From: Bacteroidota bacterium
GTDB lineage: Bacteria; Bacteroidota; Bacteroidia; Cytophagales; Cyclobacteriaceae
NCBI GenBank assembly: GCA_049324055.1
Contig: JBMOLS010000007.1
Location: forward strand, 32,493-96,492
DNA: 64,000 nucleotides
Direction of reading: 5' to 3'
Part shown: positions 36,388-46,303 of the stretch, one piece after another
Numbering within the stretch: position 1 is the stretch's first letter
How the letters are laid out: every line of letters begins with the position of its first letter
Translations under genes and position numbers: made by a program
The notes under the pieces: generated by a model
What the model saw: the letters and a program-made list of their open reading frames with translations, nothing else
Told to the model about the DNA's origin: nothing
Databases searched by the model: none

Positions 36388-39058
36388 CACAACACGGTGG
36401 CAGCAATTGATGGTGCGTTGGGCGTGGGTGGTGGTACCCACGTTGCTCATCGGCTTCATTACGCTGAGCTTCCTTAACTTTTCGTACACGGCTTTGAACA
36501 CAGGCCTGGTAAGCCAAACCCTTTATTTCGGGGCAGGGTTGGTCATTTCCTATTCGCTCTATTTTTTCCGCGCACGCTGGACGGTGACCGGGGCCCTGCT
36601 GGTGTTAGCCTATCTGCTTGCTGAACGGATCATCACTTTCCTGCCGGGCGAGTTTGATGTGTTTTATGCCACAGCACGCTTTCAATTGTATTCTACGCTG
36701 TTTTTGTTCGGATGGGCATTTGGTTTTCTGTTGATTAAACTGCGGTGGGCCTATGTACTACTGTTTGCGTTGTTGGGCACGGTTACGCTGGTTTCGGTTT
36801 CCGATACGGTTGACCTGAGCCTGCAATATATCTTACTGCACCTAGCACCCGTATTGGTGTATGGTCTGTACATGTATTTCTTATCGCCCTTGCTGGTAGC
36901 CAACGCAACGCTCACTACAAAAAAGTCAGGCAAGTTGCTGCTGCGCACTGCGTTGTTTGCGCTTTTGGTATTGCTTGCGTTGGTGGCCACCGAAAGATTG
37001 TTGCGGGGTGAATTACAGGCAGTAGAAAAAGAACTGGCTGCCCGCGGGGCGCAGGGCGACAAAGATGGCCAGAACAACGAAGGGGGTTACGATGAGCGCT
37101 ATGGCCTAATGGAGAAGGATGACGATGGCTACCGCCTGAAAGACACCATGCGGGTGAATTCGCGCATGAGCCAGTCGGATAAGCTGATGTTTTGCAGCAA
37201 ACTCGATAACTTTTACCCCGATGGCACGCCCATTCCACTTTACTTTGTGTACCATTACCTCACGCGCTACGATCCCGTAAAGGAAAGCTTTACCCGCGAT
37301 GTGAATGTGCCTTCGTTTGATGAGCTCGAAGTTGATCCGACCGAGTTGCCTATGTATTATAGTTTCACAGATACCAGTATCATCCGCAAATCAAAAGCCA
37401 ACCGTTACCGCAAGCTGGTGGAAGCGCAGGTCTACCTGTCGGAAAATACCTGGAAACATTCCGTGCTGGGGCCTGCCAGTGTTTTTTCCATTCAAACTAT
37501 TCCGGTAGAGAAGGATTTCCAGAAAACGTTTTTGGCGGCTTACAAGATTTATGCCTACGCGTCTGATTTAAACAATGCCTATTTTGTGTACAACATTTCG
37601 GCCAGCCCGCAGTTGGAGCCGCTGCAAGAGCAACGGCACGAAGAGTTACGGGTGGTGGAGAATTATGAGGGTGTAGACCAGGCATTTCTGGATTACTACA
37701 CCCAAATGCCAACGGGTGGTATTTATGATTCCATCGCTCGTCTGGCCCAAAAGCTGGTGCCCATGGATGCCGCACCCGTAGATAAGGTGTTGGCCGTGCG
37801 CGATTTTTTCCTGCAACGGAATGAAAACGGTAAAATGGTATTTCGCTACACGCTGAATGCAGGCGCCATAGACGACCCGAATATTCCCAGCTCTAAAATG
37901 CTCTACGACTTTCTTTTCAAGACACATGCCGGCTATTGCACCTACTATGCGGGTGCATCGCACTTTATGTTGCGCGCCCTGGGTGTACCCACACGCTTTA
38001 CCACCGGCTTTGCTACCGTTAACCGCAGCGACAAAAACAAGGGCTGGTATTGGTTCTATGCCAGCCAAGCCCACGCGTGGACGCAGGTATATTTTCCTGA
38101 ATACGGATGGCTCGATTTCGACATGACCATCGGCAACGAAGACCAGCAGGGCGCACCCAAACCAGACGGAACGCCTCCGTTGCCACCGCCCGATCCGTGG
38201 CTGGTGTTGAACGCCAAAGTGGAGACAACAGACGCAGTGAGCAAATCCCTGTCGGCTTCGTTCCGCAGCTTGCTCTTTCACAATACACCCTTCGAGCTGG
38301 CCAACAGCCAACAAAAAAATATTGATGCCACACTGTGCCGTGTGTTGTATGGTGAGAAAGACACCACCTTCCAGGCCATACAGCCGGGAGATTCCGTGAT
38401 CATCGTGTCGTATAAGGATGAGGCCAAACGAATACCTGCATTAAGACCGGGTGTAAAGATCGAGCAGCAGGTGGCAGGGTTCCCTGCACCCATCATTGCC
38501 GATGAAATACACATCCGGCCGCGCGAGAAGGAGGAGAAGAAAGAAGACACTTCGGGCAGGCCAACCAAACCAGAGGAGCCAAAGACCGATTGGAAGAAGA
38601 TAGGAGTGCTAACGGCAAAAGCGATCGGGTCGATACTGATACTATTGATCTTTGCACCCTTACTCTACTTGTTGTACCGCCTGGGGCGGGTGGCACTGGC
38701 CGCAAAAGAAACCGCTCGTGCTGACGAGGTGTATCGAATGGCTTTGTACCGGTTGCACATGGCGGGGTTAGCACGCGGCACCGATACACCTTTGAATTAT
38801 GCGCAACAAAAAGTAGACCCGTTGCTGGGAACCTCTTTTGCGGACTTCATGCGGATTTACCTGCGTTTAAAGTACACGCAAGGGCAACTGCGTTCTGGCG
38901 ATGGCGAAGTGATCGATACATTCCGAAAAGGATTGGGCCCCGCGTTGCACAAACATTTTGGGCCAGGCCGTATATTCATCAACTATTTTAACCTGCTACA
39001 GGCGTGGCGTTACTTTCAGCAGCCCATAGCAACCGACATCGAAAATTCTACTCTATGA
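36374..39058 (+). CDS. polytopic transglutaminase-like membrane protein (TGase core + DUF4129-like tail)
   Basis: Lies in ORF 36344-39058; the start is uncertain (36344, 36374 or 36410). About 6 N-terminal TM helices. The Cys-His-Asp TGase core is HAGYCTYYA ... AHAWTQVY ... WLDFDMT. It also has a late TM helix and a C-terminal helical tail. It overlaps the DUF58 stop. Confidence 0.8.
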   Translation: MEERSTTRWQQLMVRWAWVVVPTLLIGFITLSFLNFSYTALNTGLVSQTLYFGAGLVISYSLYFFRARWTVTGALLVLAYLLAERIITFLPGEFDVFYATARFQLYSTLFLFGWAFGFLLIKLRWAYVLLFALLGTVTLVSVSDTVDLSLQYILLHLAPVLVYGLYMYFLSPLLVANATLTTKKSGKLLLRTALFALLVLLALVATERLLRGELQAVEKELAARGAQGDKDGQNNEGGYDERYGLMEKDDDGYRLKDTMRVNSRMSQSDKLMFCSKLDNFYPDGTPIPLYFVYHYLTRYDPVKESFTRDVNVPSFDELEVDPTELPMYYSFTDTSIIRKSKANRYRKLVEAQVYLSENTWKHSVLGPASVFSIQTIPVEKDFQKTFLAAYKIYAYASDLNNAYFVYNISASPQLEPLQEQRHEELRVVENYEGVDQAFLDYYTQMPTGGIYDSIARLAQKLVPMDAAPVDKVLAVRDFFLQRNENGKMVFRYTLNAGAIDDPNIPSSKMLYDFLFKTHAGYCTYYAGASHFMLRALGVPTRFTTGFATVNRSDKNKGWYWFYASQAHAWTQVYFPEYGWLDFDMTIGNEDQQGAPKPDGTPPLPPPDPWLVLNAKVETTDAVSKSLSASFRSLLFHNTPFELANSQQKNIDATLCRVLYGEKDTTFQAIQPGDSVIIVSYKDEAKRIPALRPGVKIEQQVAGFPAPIIADEIHIRPREKEEKKEDTSGRPTKPEEPKTDWKKIGVLTAKAIGSILILLIFAPLLYLLYRLGRVALAAKETARADEVYRMALYRLHMAGLARGTDTPLNYAQQKVDPLLGTSFADFMRIYLRLKYTQGQLRSGDGEVIDTFRKGLGPALHKHFGPGRIFINYFNLLQAWRYFQQPIATDIENSTL

Positions 39059-40041
39059 CAAATGCTACAACCAAACTAAAGGCATTAACCGACAACATCG
39101 AAACCGTTATCCGCGGCAAATCGCAGGAGGTGAAATACGTGGTAACCGCATTGCTGGCCCGTGGCCATATTTTGCTGGAAGACAACCCAGGTGCAGGTAA
39201 AACGGTGTTGTCCAAAACCCTGGCACAATCGATCTCCGAGGCTGCTACCGACTTCCATCAACCGGGTGGCGGGGTCAGCTTTAAGCGTATTCAGTTTACG
39301 CCCGATTTGCTGCCCATGGATTTGATCGGCTCTCACATTTTCGATGAAGCCCGCAGGGATTTTGTTTTTAAGAAGGGGCCCCTGTTCACACACGTGTTGC
39401 TGGCCGATGAAATCAACCGGGCCTCACCCAAGGTGCAAAGCGCCTTGCTGGAATGTATGGCCGAAAATCAGATCTCGGTAGGCGATACCACCTATCCGCT
39501 CGATCAGTTTTTCTTCACCATCGCCACGCAAAACCCGATTGAGATGGAGGGCACCTACCCGCTGCCGGCCGCCCAGTTAGATCGCTTCTTTATGAAGATC
39601 TCTTTTGGCTATGTGTCCGAAGAAGTGGAGTTTGACATTTACACCAACTACCTGAGCATTGGCAACTCCAAAAACACGGTAAAGCAAGTGTTGAGCTACA
39701 ACGATGTGATCGCCTTACAACAGGAGGCAGAACAGGTATACCTGCACCCGGAGTTGGTGCGTGCCGTGGTGCGCCTGGTGCAAGGCACACGCAACCACCC
39801 CGAGATTGCACTCGGGTGCTCTACACGAGGAGGCATTACCTTCATCAAATGTTTGAAGGCGTGGGCCCTGGTTCACCAACGCGATTATGTGATTGAGGAC
39901 GATGTGCGGGCACTCGCTCAACCCGTTTTGCACCACCGCTTGATTTTCAGAAACCGCGAGGCTGCCCGAACCGCTCTGCAACAGGTAGTGGACAAAGAAG
40001 TGGATAAGTTGGTGAAGATGGGAATAGCTACAAAAGCCTGA
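39055..40041 (+). CDS. MoxR-family AAA+ ATPase
   Basis: Lies in ORF 39004-40041. The start is moved to MTNATTKL (ATG 39055), which overlaps the upstream stop (ATGA). Walker A is GAGKT, followed by RIQFTPDLLPMDLIG. Walker B is LLADEINRA. Confidence 0.9.
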   Translation: MTNATTKLKALTDNIETVIRGKSQEVKYVVTALLARGHILLEDNPGAGKTVLSKTLAQSISEAATDFHQPGGGVSFKRIQFTPDLLPMDLIGSHIFDEARRDFVFKKGPLFTHVLLADEINRASPKVQSALLECMAENQISVGDTTYPLDQFFFTIATQNPIEMEGTYPLPAAQLDRFFMKISFGYVSEEVEFDIYTNYLSIGNSKNTVKQVLSYNDVIALQQEAEQVYLHPELVRAVVRLVQGTRNHPEIALGCSTRGGITFIKCLKAWALVHQRDYVIEDDVRALAQPVLHHRLIFRNREAARTALQQVVDKEVDKLVKMGIATKA

Positions 40042-40046
40042 ACGAG

Positions 40047-42059
40047 GTGATACGGTACTGTATTTTATTCGGAGTGTTGATGTTGGCCGGTGTGTGCACA
40101 CGCGCCCAGCAGAATAGTTTGCGCCAACAGATGGATAGCGAGCGAAGCGGCTCTTTCCTCGACCCGAAGATGCTGGAGAAAGCCCGCAGCTTTATCCGCA
40201 GAGACAGCACCTACTACCTGGGCTACATGCTGGAAGGTGCCTACCTGTTTTTCCGCGCTAACGATGAGTTGGGGTTCCGCAAGGCGGCCACACCCTTACA
40301 GAAAGCGCTCGACAAAATCGAGAACGATTACGACAAACAACTGAGAACACGTTCGAATAACTATGCGGTGTACAGCGCGGTGTATCGCTACCATTTTGAC
40401 TACGGCCTGATTACCTATTTTTTGAGTCGCTGCTATCAGAATGTGGAACAGCAGGACAAAGCCATGGAGGTACTGATGCACATCCGCGACCGGAATTTCC
40501 AGATGGAAGTAAACATGGATTCGTACAATACCATGGCGTGGATTGTGCATCGCAGCCGGGTCTATACTTCCGAGAAATATCCGTTTTTGAAGAACTCTGT
40601 TCGCGAGAATGTAAACGCGGCCAACCGCTACCTCGATTCAGCCATTTTGAAACTGCGGAAAGATATACCGATGAACACCGGGCTGTTCGACCCTAACTTT
40701 CTAAACAGGCAATTTCTCAGCACCTTTCACTACAAAGCCATCATTCACGACTACCTGCTCGACATTGACTCGGCCAATTACTATTACGATGTGCTGATTC
40801 AAAACAATGCACACTCGCCCAACAACTATGCAGAGTTCAAAATGGCGATGGGCGAATTCCAGGAGGCAGAACTGTATTTTAAGGAAGCGGAAGAGCGCGA
40901 GCAGAGTCCAGAAAAAACTACGAAAGAATACTATTACATGCGCGGCATTTTGGCCACCTACCGGGGCCAGCCCGAGCAGGCCGATACGCTGTTGTCGAAA
41001 GTATTGCGCGAGCAAGGCAGCACACCCGGCTACGGCTGGCATTCAATAGGGCAGGCGCGTGCGCAGCACTACGAGGGACTGACGGCCGAAAGTCAGGAAC
41101 GCACTAACAAAGCTGCTCGTTTTCAAGAGTTACACATCGGAACCACGTGGGGGCAGGAGCAGTACAACCTGGCAGTGGCATCGCTGCACTACATCAATCA
41201 GCTTCAGTTCAAGAAAGAGTATTGGTTCGAACACGATGAATGGTACTTCTGGCTGAATCCGGTAAACTGGTATCGGTGGATCAAGTATACATTGGAGATC
41301 AGGCACCATAAGATGGTGCTGGCCTCGCTGGTGGCCGGAAACCCCGAGCGCGAGCAGGTGATCTACTCCGTGTTCTCGCCCGAAAACCTGATGACGTTCG
41401 ATGAGGTGTGGGCCGTGCTGGACGGATTTGGCAACGAATATTTCATCGACCTTTACAAAAGACGCCTGCAAACCGACAAGCGCCCCCGCGTGAAAAAGTA
41501 TTACCGGTATTTTTTAGGAAAGCTGTACCTGGCCGAAGGCAATGAATCGGAGGCGGTGCGTTACTTTGAAGAGGTGCTGGCTGACCCGGAGATTGACGAC
41601 CCCTATGAAACTCTTTTGGTAGCACGCACTTACGAGGGCCTTGCGTTGGCTACATCTGGTCAGGATCGTGCGGATTACCTGGGGCAATTTTATATTCGTT
41701 ATCCGCAACTGGTTCCCTTCTCTGATTTGAGAATGGTTTTCGGATTAGCGGTGAATGGCAAGGTAGGCGAACGGGAGGAGGCCATCCTGGCCGAATTGAA
41801 AAATACCAGCATCGCCTTCAACGATGGCGAAGAAGCAATCAACGTAACGCTTTCGTTCGAGCAAAAGGGCGCTGCGATTGACGTGCATTACCAGGTAGCT
41901 ACGCACGAACACGTGTGGCACCAGGGCACCTTGCGCGTAGAAGAAAACGAATTAGCTGGGGCGGGCAAACTATTGGCGTACCGGCTGTTCGGCATTCATA
42001 AATCCAGGATAGGAGGGCGGCTGCCTGCCGCCCCTGCGCCCGTTCCTGCTGCGGTATAG
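40047..42059 (+). CDS. hypothetical secreted 670-aa protein, helical-repeat (TPR-like) appearance, fourth gene of the MoxR operon
   Basis: Signal peptide MIRYCILFGVLMLAGVCTRAQQ. It starts 5 nt after the MoxR stop. The sequence is rich in Y/F/E/K helical segments, and I recognise no catalytic motif. Confidence 0.6.
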   Translation: MIRYCILFGVLMLAGVCTRAQQNSLRQQMDSERSGSFLDPKMLEKARSFIRRDSTYYLGYMLEGAYLFFRANDELGFRKAATPLQKALDKIENDYDKQLRTRSNNYAVYSAVYRYHFDYGLITYFLSRCYQNVEQQDKAMEVLMHIRDRNFQMEVNMDSYNTMAWIVHRSRVYTSEKYPFLKNSVRENVNAANRYLDSAILKLRKDIPMNTGLFDPNFLNRQFLSTFHYKAIIHDYLLDIDSANYYYDVLIQNNAHSPNNYAEFKMAMGEFQEAELYFKEAEEREQSPEKTTKEYYYMRGILATYRGQPEQADTLLSKVLREQGSTPGYGWHSIGQARAQHYEGLTAESQERTNKAARFQELHIGTTWGQEQYNLAVASLHYINQLQFKKEYWFEHDEWYFWLNPVNWYRWIKYTLEIRHHKMVLASLVAGNPEREQVIYSVFSPENLMTFDEVWAVLDGFGNEYFIDLYKRRLQTDKRPRVKKYYRYFLGKLYLAEGNESEAVRYFEEVLADPEIDDPYETLLVARTYEGLALATSGQDRADYLGQFYIRYPQLVPFSDLRMVFGLAVNGKVGEREEAILAELKNTSIAFNDGEEAINVTLSFEQKGAAIDVHYQVATHEHVWHQGTLRVEENELAGAGKLLAYRLFGIHKSRIGGRLPAAPAPVPAAV

Positions 42060-42084
42060 CTCCGATAGAAATCGGTTGGAAGTT

Positions 42085-43272
42085 CTAATTTTCCAACGCC
42101 TTTACGCCCGGTAGTACTTTGCCCTCAAAGTATTCCAACAGGGCGCCACCACCGGTGGATACATAACTTACTTTTTCGCTGAAGCCCAACTGCGCTACGG
42201 CTGCAGCCGAGTCGCCACCACCGATTAAGGAGAAGGCGCCCTTGCCGGTGGCACGCACTACAGCCTCGGCAATTTTTTTGGTGCCGTTCGCAAACTTATC
42301 CATCTCGAAAACGCCCATGGGGCCATTCCATAAAATGGTTTTGGCGTCTTCCACTACCTTAGAGAACACTGCGATGGCCTGGGGTCCGATGTCCAAACCC
42401 ATCCAACCATCGGGTATGGCGGTGTTCATAGCGGTTTGGGTGGCAGCGTTGGCGTCAAACTTATCGGCTGCAATAGAATCAATGGGCAAATGCAACTCCA
42501 CGCCTTTGGCTTTCGCCTTTTGTATCAATTCTTTGGCCAGGTCCAGTTTGTCTTCTTCCACCAGCGATTTACCCACCTGGCCGCCCAAGGCTTTGAAGAA
42601 GGTATAACTCATGCCTCCGCCAATGATGAGGTGGTTTACCGTGTCGAGCAAACGCTCAATGATCAGAATCTTATCAGAAATTTTTGCACCCCCCATAATG
42701 GCCACGAAAGGCTTCTCTGCATTTTCCAACACCTTCTTCGCATTCGATACCTCGGCCGCCATGACATAACCTGCCGCTTTTTCTTTGAAGAATTGCGCCA
42801 CAATGGTGGTGGAAGCGTGTGCCCGGTGTGCGGTGCCAAAGGCATCGTTCACGTATACATCGCCCAGCTTCGATAGTTTTTCCGCGAAAGCGAGATCGCC
42901 TTTTTCTTCTTCTTTGTAGAAGCGCAGGTTTTCTAAAATCAACACTTCTCCCGGACGCAAGGCAGCCGCTTTGGTTTTGGCTTCTTCGCCAATGCAGTCG
43001 TTGGCAAATTGCACGGGTTTACCCAACAGTTTTTCGGTGGTGGACAGCGTATGCTTCAGTGAATACTTTTCTTCGGGTCCTTCTTTCGGTCGGCCCAGGT
43101 GCGACATCAGGATGCAGCTGCCCCCGTCCTTCAGGATTCTTTGAATGGTGGGGATGGTGGCACGTATGCGATTGTCGTCTGTAACCTGGAAGCTTTTGTC
43201 CAGCGGAACATTGAAGTCTACACGAATGAGGGCGCGCTTGCCGGCAAAAGAAAGGTCGTTGATGGTCTTCAT
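42085..43272 (-). CDS. pgk: phosphoglycerate kinase
   Basis: 395 aa. RVDFNVP, MSHLGRPKG-type and STGGGA motifs. Confidence 0.95.
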   Translation of the reverse strand: MKTINDLSFAGKRALIRVDFNVPLDKSFQVTDDNRIRATIPTIQRILKDGGSCILMSHLGRPKEGPEEKYSLKHTLSTTEKLLGKPVQFANDCIGEEAKTKAAALRPGEVLILENLRFYKEEEKGDLAFAEKLSKLGDVYVNDAFGTAHRAHASTTIVAQFFKEKAAGYVMAAEVSNAKKVLENAEKPFVAIMGGAKISDKILIIERLLDTVNHLIIGGGMSYTFFKALGGQVGKSLVEEDKLDLAKELIQKAKAKGVELHLPIDSIAADKFDANAATQTAMNTAIPDGWMGLDIGPQAIAVFSKVVEDAKTILWNGPMGVFEMDKFANGTKKIAEAVVRATGKGAFSLIGGGDSAAAVAQLGFSEKVSYVSTGGGALLEYFEGKVLPGVKALEN

Positions 43273-43356
43273 AGTTCAAGTTAAAAAGGTCACGAATTTA
43301 GCAATACCTTCGTCTGGCAATCAAGTTTGCACTATGTTTTTACCGCAATCGTTTGA

Positions 43357-44472
43357 TCAGTCACCGAAGGAAACACCGAGGCCTTTGGCCGCTTCCACCA
43401 AAAATGAATCGCGTTTTACAAAGCTCATTTCCCGGGTTGCTTCTTCCAGCGAAACGGCCGTAATCTGGTTGTTGCGGTATGATACCATGCTGCCAAATTT
43501 TTTCTGCAGCACCAACTCAAAAGCCTTCACACCAAAGAGCGAGGCCAGCACGCGGTCGAATGCAATGGGTGTGCCGCCCCGTTGTGTGTGGCCCAGCACC
43601 GTCTCGCGAATTTCAGCTTTACAGCCCGCATCTTTTAGTTGTTTGGAAAGCTGGTAGGCCACGCCACCCAGGCGCACGTGCTCAGAGCCTTTGTCGCCTG
43701 CAGAAGAAACAATGGTGCCGTCTTTGGGTTTGGCACCTTCGGCAATTACAATGTTGGCAAAACCTCTCCCTCGCTTGTAGCGCAGGTCGAGGCGTTTCAC
43801 CAGCTTGTTGATGTCGTAGGGGATCTCGGGTATCAGGCATATTTCAGCGCCTCCCGCAATGGCGGTATGAAGGGCAATCCAGCCGGCATCGCGGCCCATC
43901 ACCTCCATGATCATCACGCGGTGGTGACTCTCTGCCGTGGTTACCAGCTTATCAAAACTATCGGTTGCAATCTGCACAGCCGTTTGGAACCCAAAGGTCA
44001 TGTCGGTAGCAGAAAGATCGTTGTCGATGGTCTTCGGTACGCCAATGATGGGCACACCCTTATCAAACAAAACTTTAGAGATGCGCTGTGAGCCATCGCC
44101 TCCGATGTTGATGACCGCATCGAACTGCAGCTTCTTTAATTTTTTTACCAGCTCATCCGAGCGGTCTTCAAAATGCACGGTGCCGTCAGGCTGAACAACC
44201 GGGTACTTAATGGGGTTCGACTTATTGGTGGTTTTCAGGATGGTGCCGCCTTTGATGTGGATGCCTGCCGTGCGCTTAGAAGTAAGGGGCACAATTTCCT
44301 GCGGTTCGTTCAAAACGCCATTGAACGCTTCCACGCTACCAAATACTTCCCACTTCACTGTTTTGTTCATCTGATTTTGCCTGCGTGCCCGCTTGGCTAT
44401 GCCGCGGATCACCGCATTCAGTCCGGGGCAGTCGCCACCGCCTGTTAGCACCAGCACTTTTTTTGTTTCCAT
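43357..44472 (-). CDS. pfkA: 6-phosphofructokinase (GGDGS type, consistent with ATP dependence)
   Basis: Lies in ORF 43357-44526. The start is moved to METKKVLVLTGGGDCPGLNA. Motifs are IGGDGS, PKTIDND, MGR and GHTQRGG. Confidence 0.88.
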   Translation of the reverse strand: METKKVLVLTGGGDCPGLNAVIRGIAKRARRQNQMNKTVKWEVFGSVEAFNGVLNEPQEIVPLTSKRTAGIHIKGGTILKTTNKSNPIKYPVVQPDGTVHFEDRSDELVKKLKKLQFDAVINIGGDGSQRISKVLFDKGVPIIGVPKTIDNDLSATDMTFGFQTAVQIATDSFDKLVTTAESHHRVMIMEVMGRDAGWIALHTAIAGGAEICLIPEIPYDINKLVKRLDLRYKRGRGFANIVIAEGAKPKDGTIVSSAGDKGSEHVRLGGVAYQLSKQLKDAGCKAEIRETVLGHTQRGGTPIAFDRVLASLFGVKAFELVLQKKFGSMVSYRNNQITAVSLEEATREMSFVKRDSFLVEAAKGLGVSFGD

Positions 44473-44571
44473 ATGCACAAGTATGAAATGGAAAAGTACA
44501 ATATTTTTGGATGGTAGTTCATTCAATTAGTGACTACCACCTGGATTAATAACTGAATTTTTCGCGTTTGT

Positions 44572-45555
44572 TCAGCGAAGTTTCGAGCCGGTGAAACGGG
44601 CCACCTCATTCGGTGCCGCAGCTCTCTGCAATCGGTCGTTAATGGCCCGGCCCAAGCCCTCTTGGGGAACCCGTTCCGCCAGAATGATGTCCACATCTTC
44701 TCCATCCAACTCGCGCAGTGCCGTAAAAAGTTTTTGGGCGGCCTCCCGCAAGTTTCCAGCGGGCGACAGCACCACCTGGTGGGCGTGGCGATAATCGGTT
44801 TGAAAGGAGAGAATACCCACCTGCCGGTGCGCATGCGCCTGTAGTAGCTCGGGCAAACTACCCAGCAGTAAAGGCTTGCGTGGTGCGTAATGGCTGGCCA
44901 ACTGGCCGGGTGCTTGTGGGTTGGAGGTGGAGTGAATGCGAACGCTCACCGGCCCCACCACCTCTTCGATTTGTTCAACGGTGATGCCGCCCAGCCGGTG
45001 CACCACCGTTTGTTCACCTTCAAAGCCTACGATGGTCGATTCGATGCCCACTTCGCAGGGCCCGCCATCCAGGATGTAGGGAATACGGTTGCCTAACTGT
45101 GCGTTTACGTGGGCGGCCGAAGTGGGGCTGATGTAGCCAAACGGGTTGGCGCTGGGTGCGGCCAGCGGAAAGTCCAACTGCTGCAGGAGTGCACGCGTTA
45201 ACGGGTGGTTGGGGCAGCGCAACCCTACGGTATCAAGTCCGGAGGTAACCAGCGAGGGAATGTTTTGTCTTTTGGGCAGCAACAAGGAGAGTGGCCCCGG
45301 CCAGAATTTTTCGGCCAGCAACGCGGCTTTCGGTGGCACCTCGCTGGCGTACCTGCCCACGCTGGCCCAATTCGGAACATGCACAATCAGTGGATCGAAG
45401 GTGGGGCGCTCTTTCACTTCGAAAATGCGCGCCACCGCCCCTGCGTTTAAAGCATTCCCTGCCAGGCCATACACCGTTTCGGTGGGTATGGCCACCAACT
45501 CGCCCTTCACAAGCAAAGTTTTGGCGCGCGCGATGTCAGTTCCAATTTGTGCCAC
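44572..45555 (-). CDS. tsaC: L-threonylcarbamoyladenylate synthase (YrdC domain + Sua5 C-terminal domain)
   Basis: 327 aa. The motif is VAIPTETVYGLAGNA. The protein is of the long form. Confidence 0.85.
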   Translation of the reverse strand: MAQIGTDIARAKTLLVKGELVAIPTETVYGLAGNALNAGAVARIFEVKERPTFDPLIVHVPNWASVGRYASEVPPKAALLAEKFWPGPLSLLLPKRQNIPSLVTSGLDTVGLRCPNHPLTRALLQQLDFPLAAPSANPFGYISPTSAAHVNAQLGNRIPYILDGGPCEVGIESTIVGFEGEQTVVHRLGGITVEQIEEVVGPVSVRIHSTSNPQAPGQLASHYAPRKPLLLGSLPELLQAHAHRQVGILSFQTDYRHAHQVVLSPAGNLREAAQKLFTALRELDGEDVDIILAERVPQEGLGRAINDRLQRAAAPNEVARFTGSKLR

Positions 45556-45610
45556 GCGGCAAAGCTAACCATAATTTGCCATCGCACGATAAACCCGCTA
45601 TTTTGCGTAC

Positions 45611-45772
45611 ATGAGTAACAAGACACGCTCGATACTAAAAGCGGTGGCAGTGCTGGTGGTATTGCTGGCCGTAGCCATGCAGTTGCAGTGGATCATCATA
45701 CCCGCCATCAGCGCCTACAAGTTTTGGATGGTGGTTTTTGCCTTTGGTGTGCTATTGATTGCTTCGCGCTGA
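45611..45772 (+). CDS. possible small membrane protein (53 aa, two hydrophobic helices)
   Basis: ATG 45611 to TGA 45770-72 gives MSNKTRSILKAVAVLVVLLAVAMQLQWIIIPAISAYKFWMVVFAFGVLLIASR. It is below the ORF-track cutoff. It fills an otherwise empty gap and overlaps the 3' end of the NUDIX gene tail-to-tail by 21 nt. Confidence 0.35.
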   Translation: MSNKTRSILKAVAVLVVLLAVAMQLQWIIIPAISAYKFWMVVFAFGVLLIASR

Positions 45773-46303
45773 CTTGTCGCGCATGCGAAGCACAGACGTA
45801 CTGCTGTTGTACTTTTCGAGGTCAGTCAGTAACACCCACTTCAGCTCGGTTGACTCGTGATTGATTTGAAGAGGGGTGGTTTCATCGGCTTCAAACAAAA
45901 AGCGAATGTCGTAATGGTCGTGTGAGGGGAAACTGCCCCGTGCCGGAATCTCGTGAATATCGATATCAAAAAGCCCGGTTGAAACGGGTTGTACCAGCAG
46001 GCCGGTTTCTTCCTGCGCTTCTTTTTGGGCAACGGCCCACACATTTTCTTCGCCATCGGCATGGCCACCCGGCTGCAGCCATTTATTCAACTTGGCGTGA
46101 TGCACCAGCAACACTTTTTTTCCATCGTGCGATCGAATCCAGGCAGAGCCGGTAACATGCCCGGGCAAATGGTTGCGGTGGAAGCAGCGGGGATGAGCGA
46201 GCAACGCCAGGAAGCGGGCCACAAAATGCTGCTCTTCCTCAAAAGCGGTTTGGTAAGCCCGGAGCGCTTCCGTCAGCGCGGTGCGGTTCAAGAGGCTACT
46301 CAA
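45752..46303 (-). CDS. NUDIX hydrolase
   Basis: 183 aa. The NUDIX box is GGHADGEENVWAVAQKEAQEETGL. Confidence 0.85.
   Translation of the reverse strand: MSSLLNRTALTEALRAYQTAFEEEQHFVARFLALLAHPRCFHRNHLPGHVTGSAWIRSHDGKKVLLVHHAKLNKWLQPGGHADGEENVWAVAQKEAQEETGLLVQPVSTGLFDIDIHEIPARGSFPSHDHYDIRFLFEADETTPLQINHESTELKWVLLTDLEKYNSSTSVLRMRDKSARSNQ

Noticed and set aside
42075-42097. A gttggaa-N9-ttccaac hairpin between the 670-aa gene and pgk, as a possible bidirectional terminator.
   Set aside because: The stem is short and AT-rich, it spans the pgk stop codon, and no U-tract follows on either strand.
44494-44501. An exact plus-strand TAnnTTTG box in the tsaC/pfkA spacer.
   Set aside because: There is no plus-strand gene downstream of it. 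This shows that the 8-mer occurs by chance in AT-rich spacers, which is why the promoter calls above carry low confidence.
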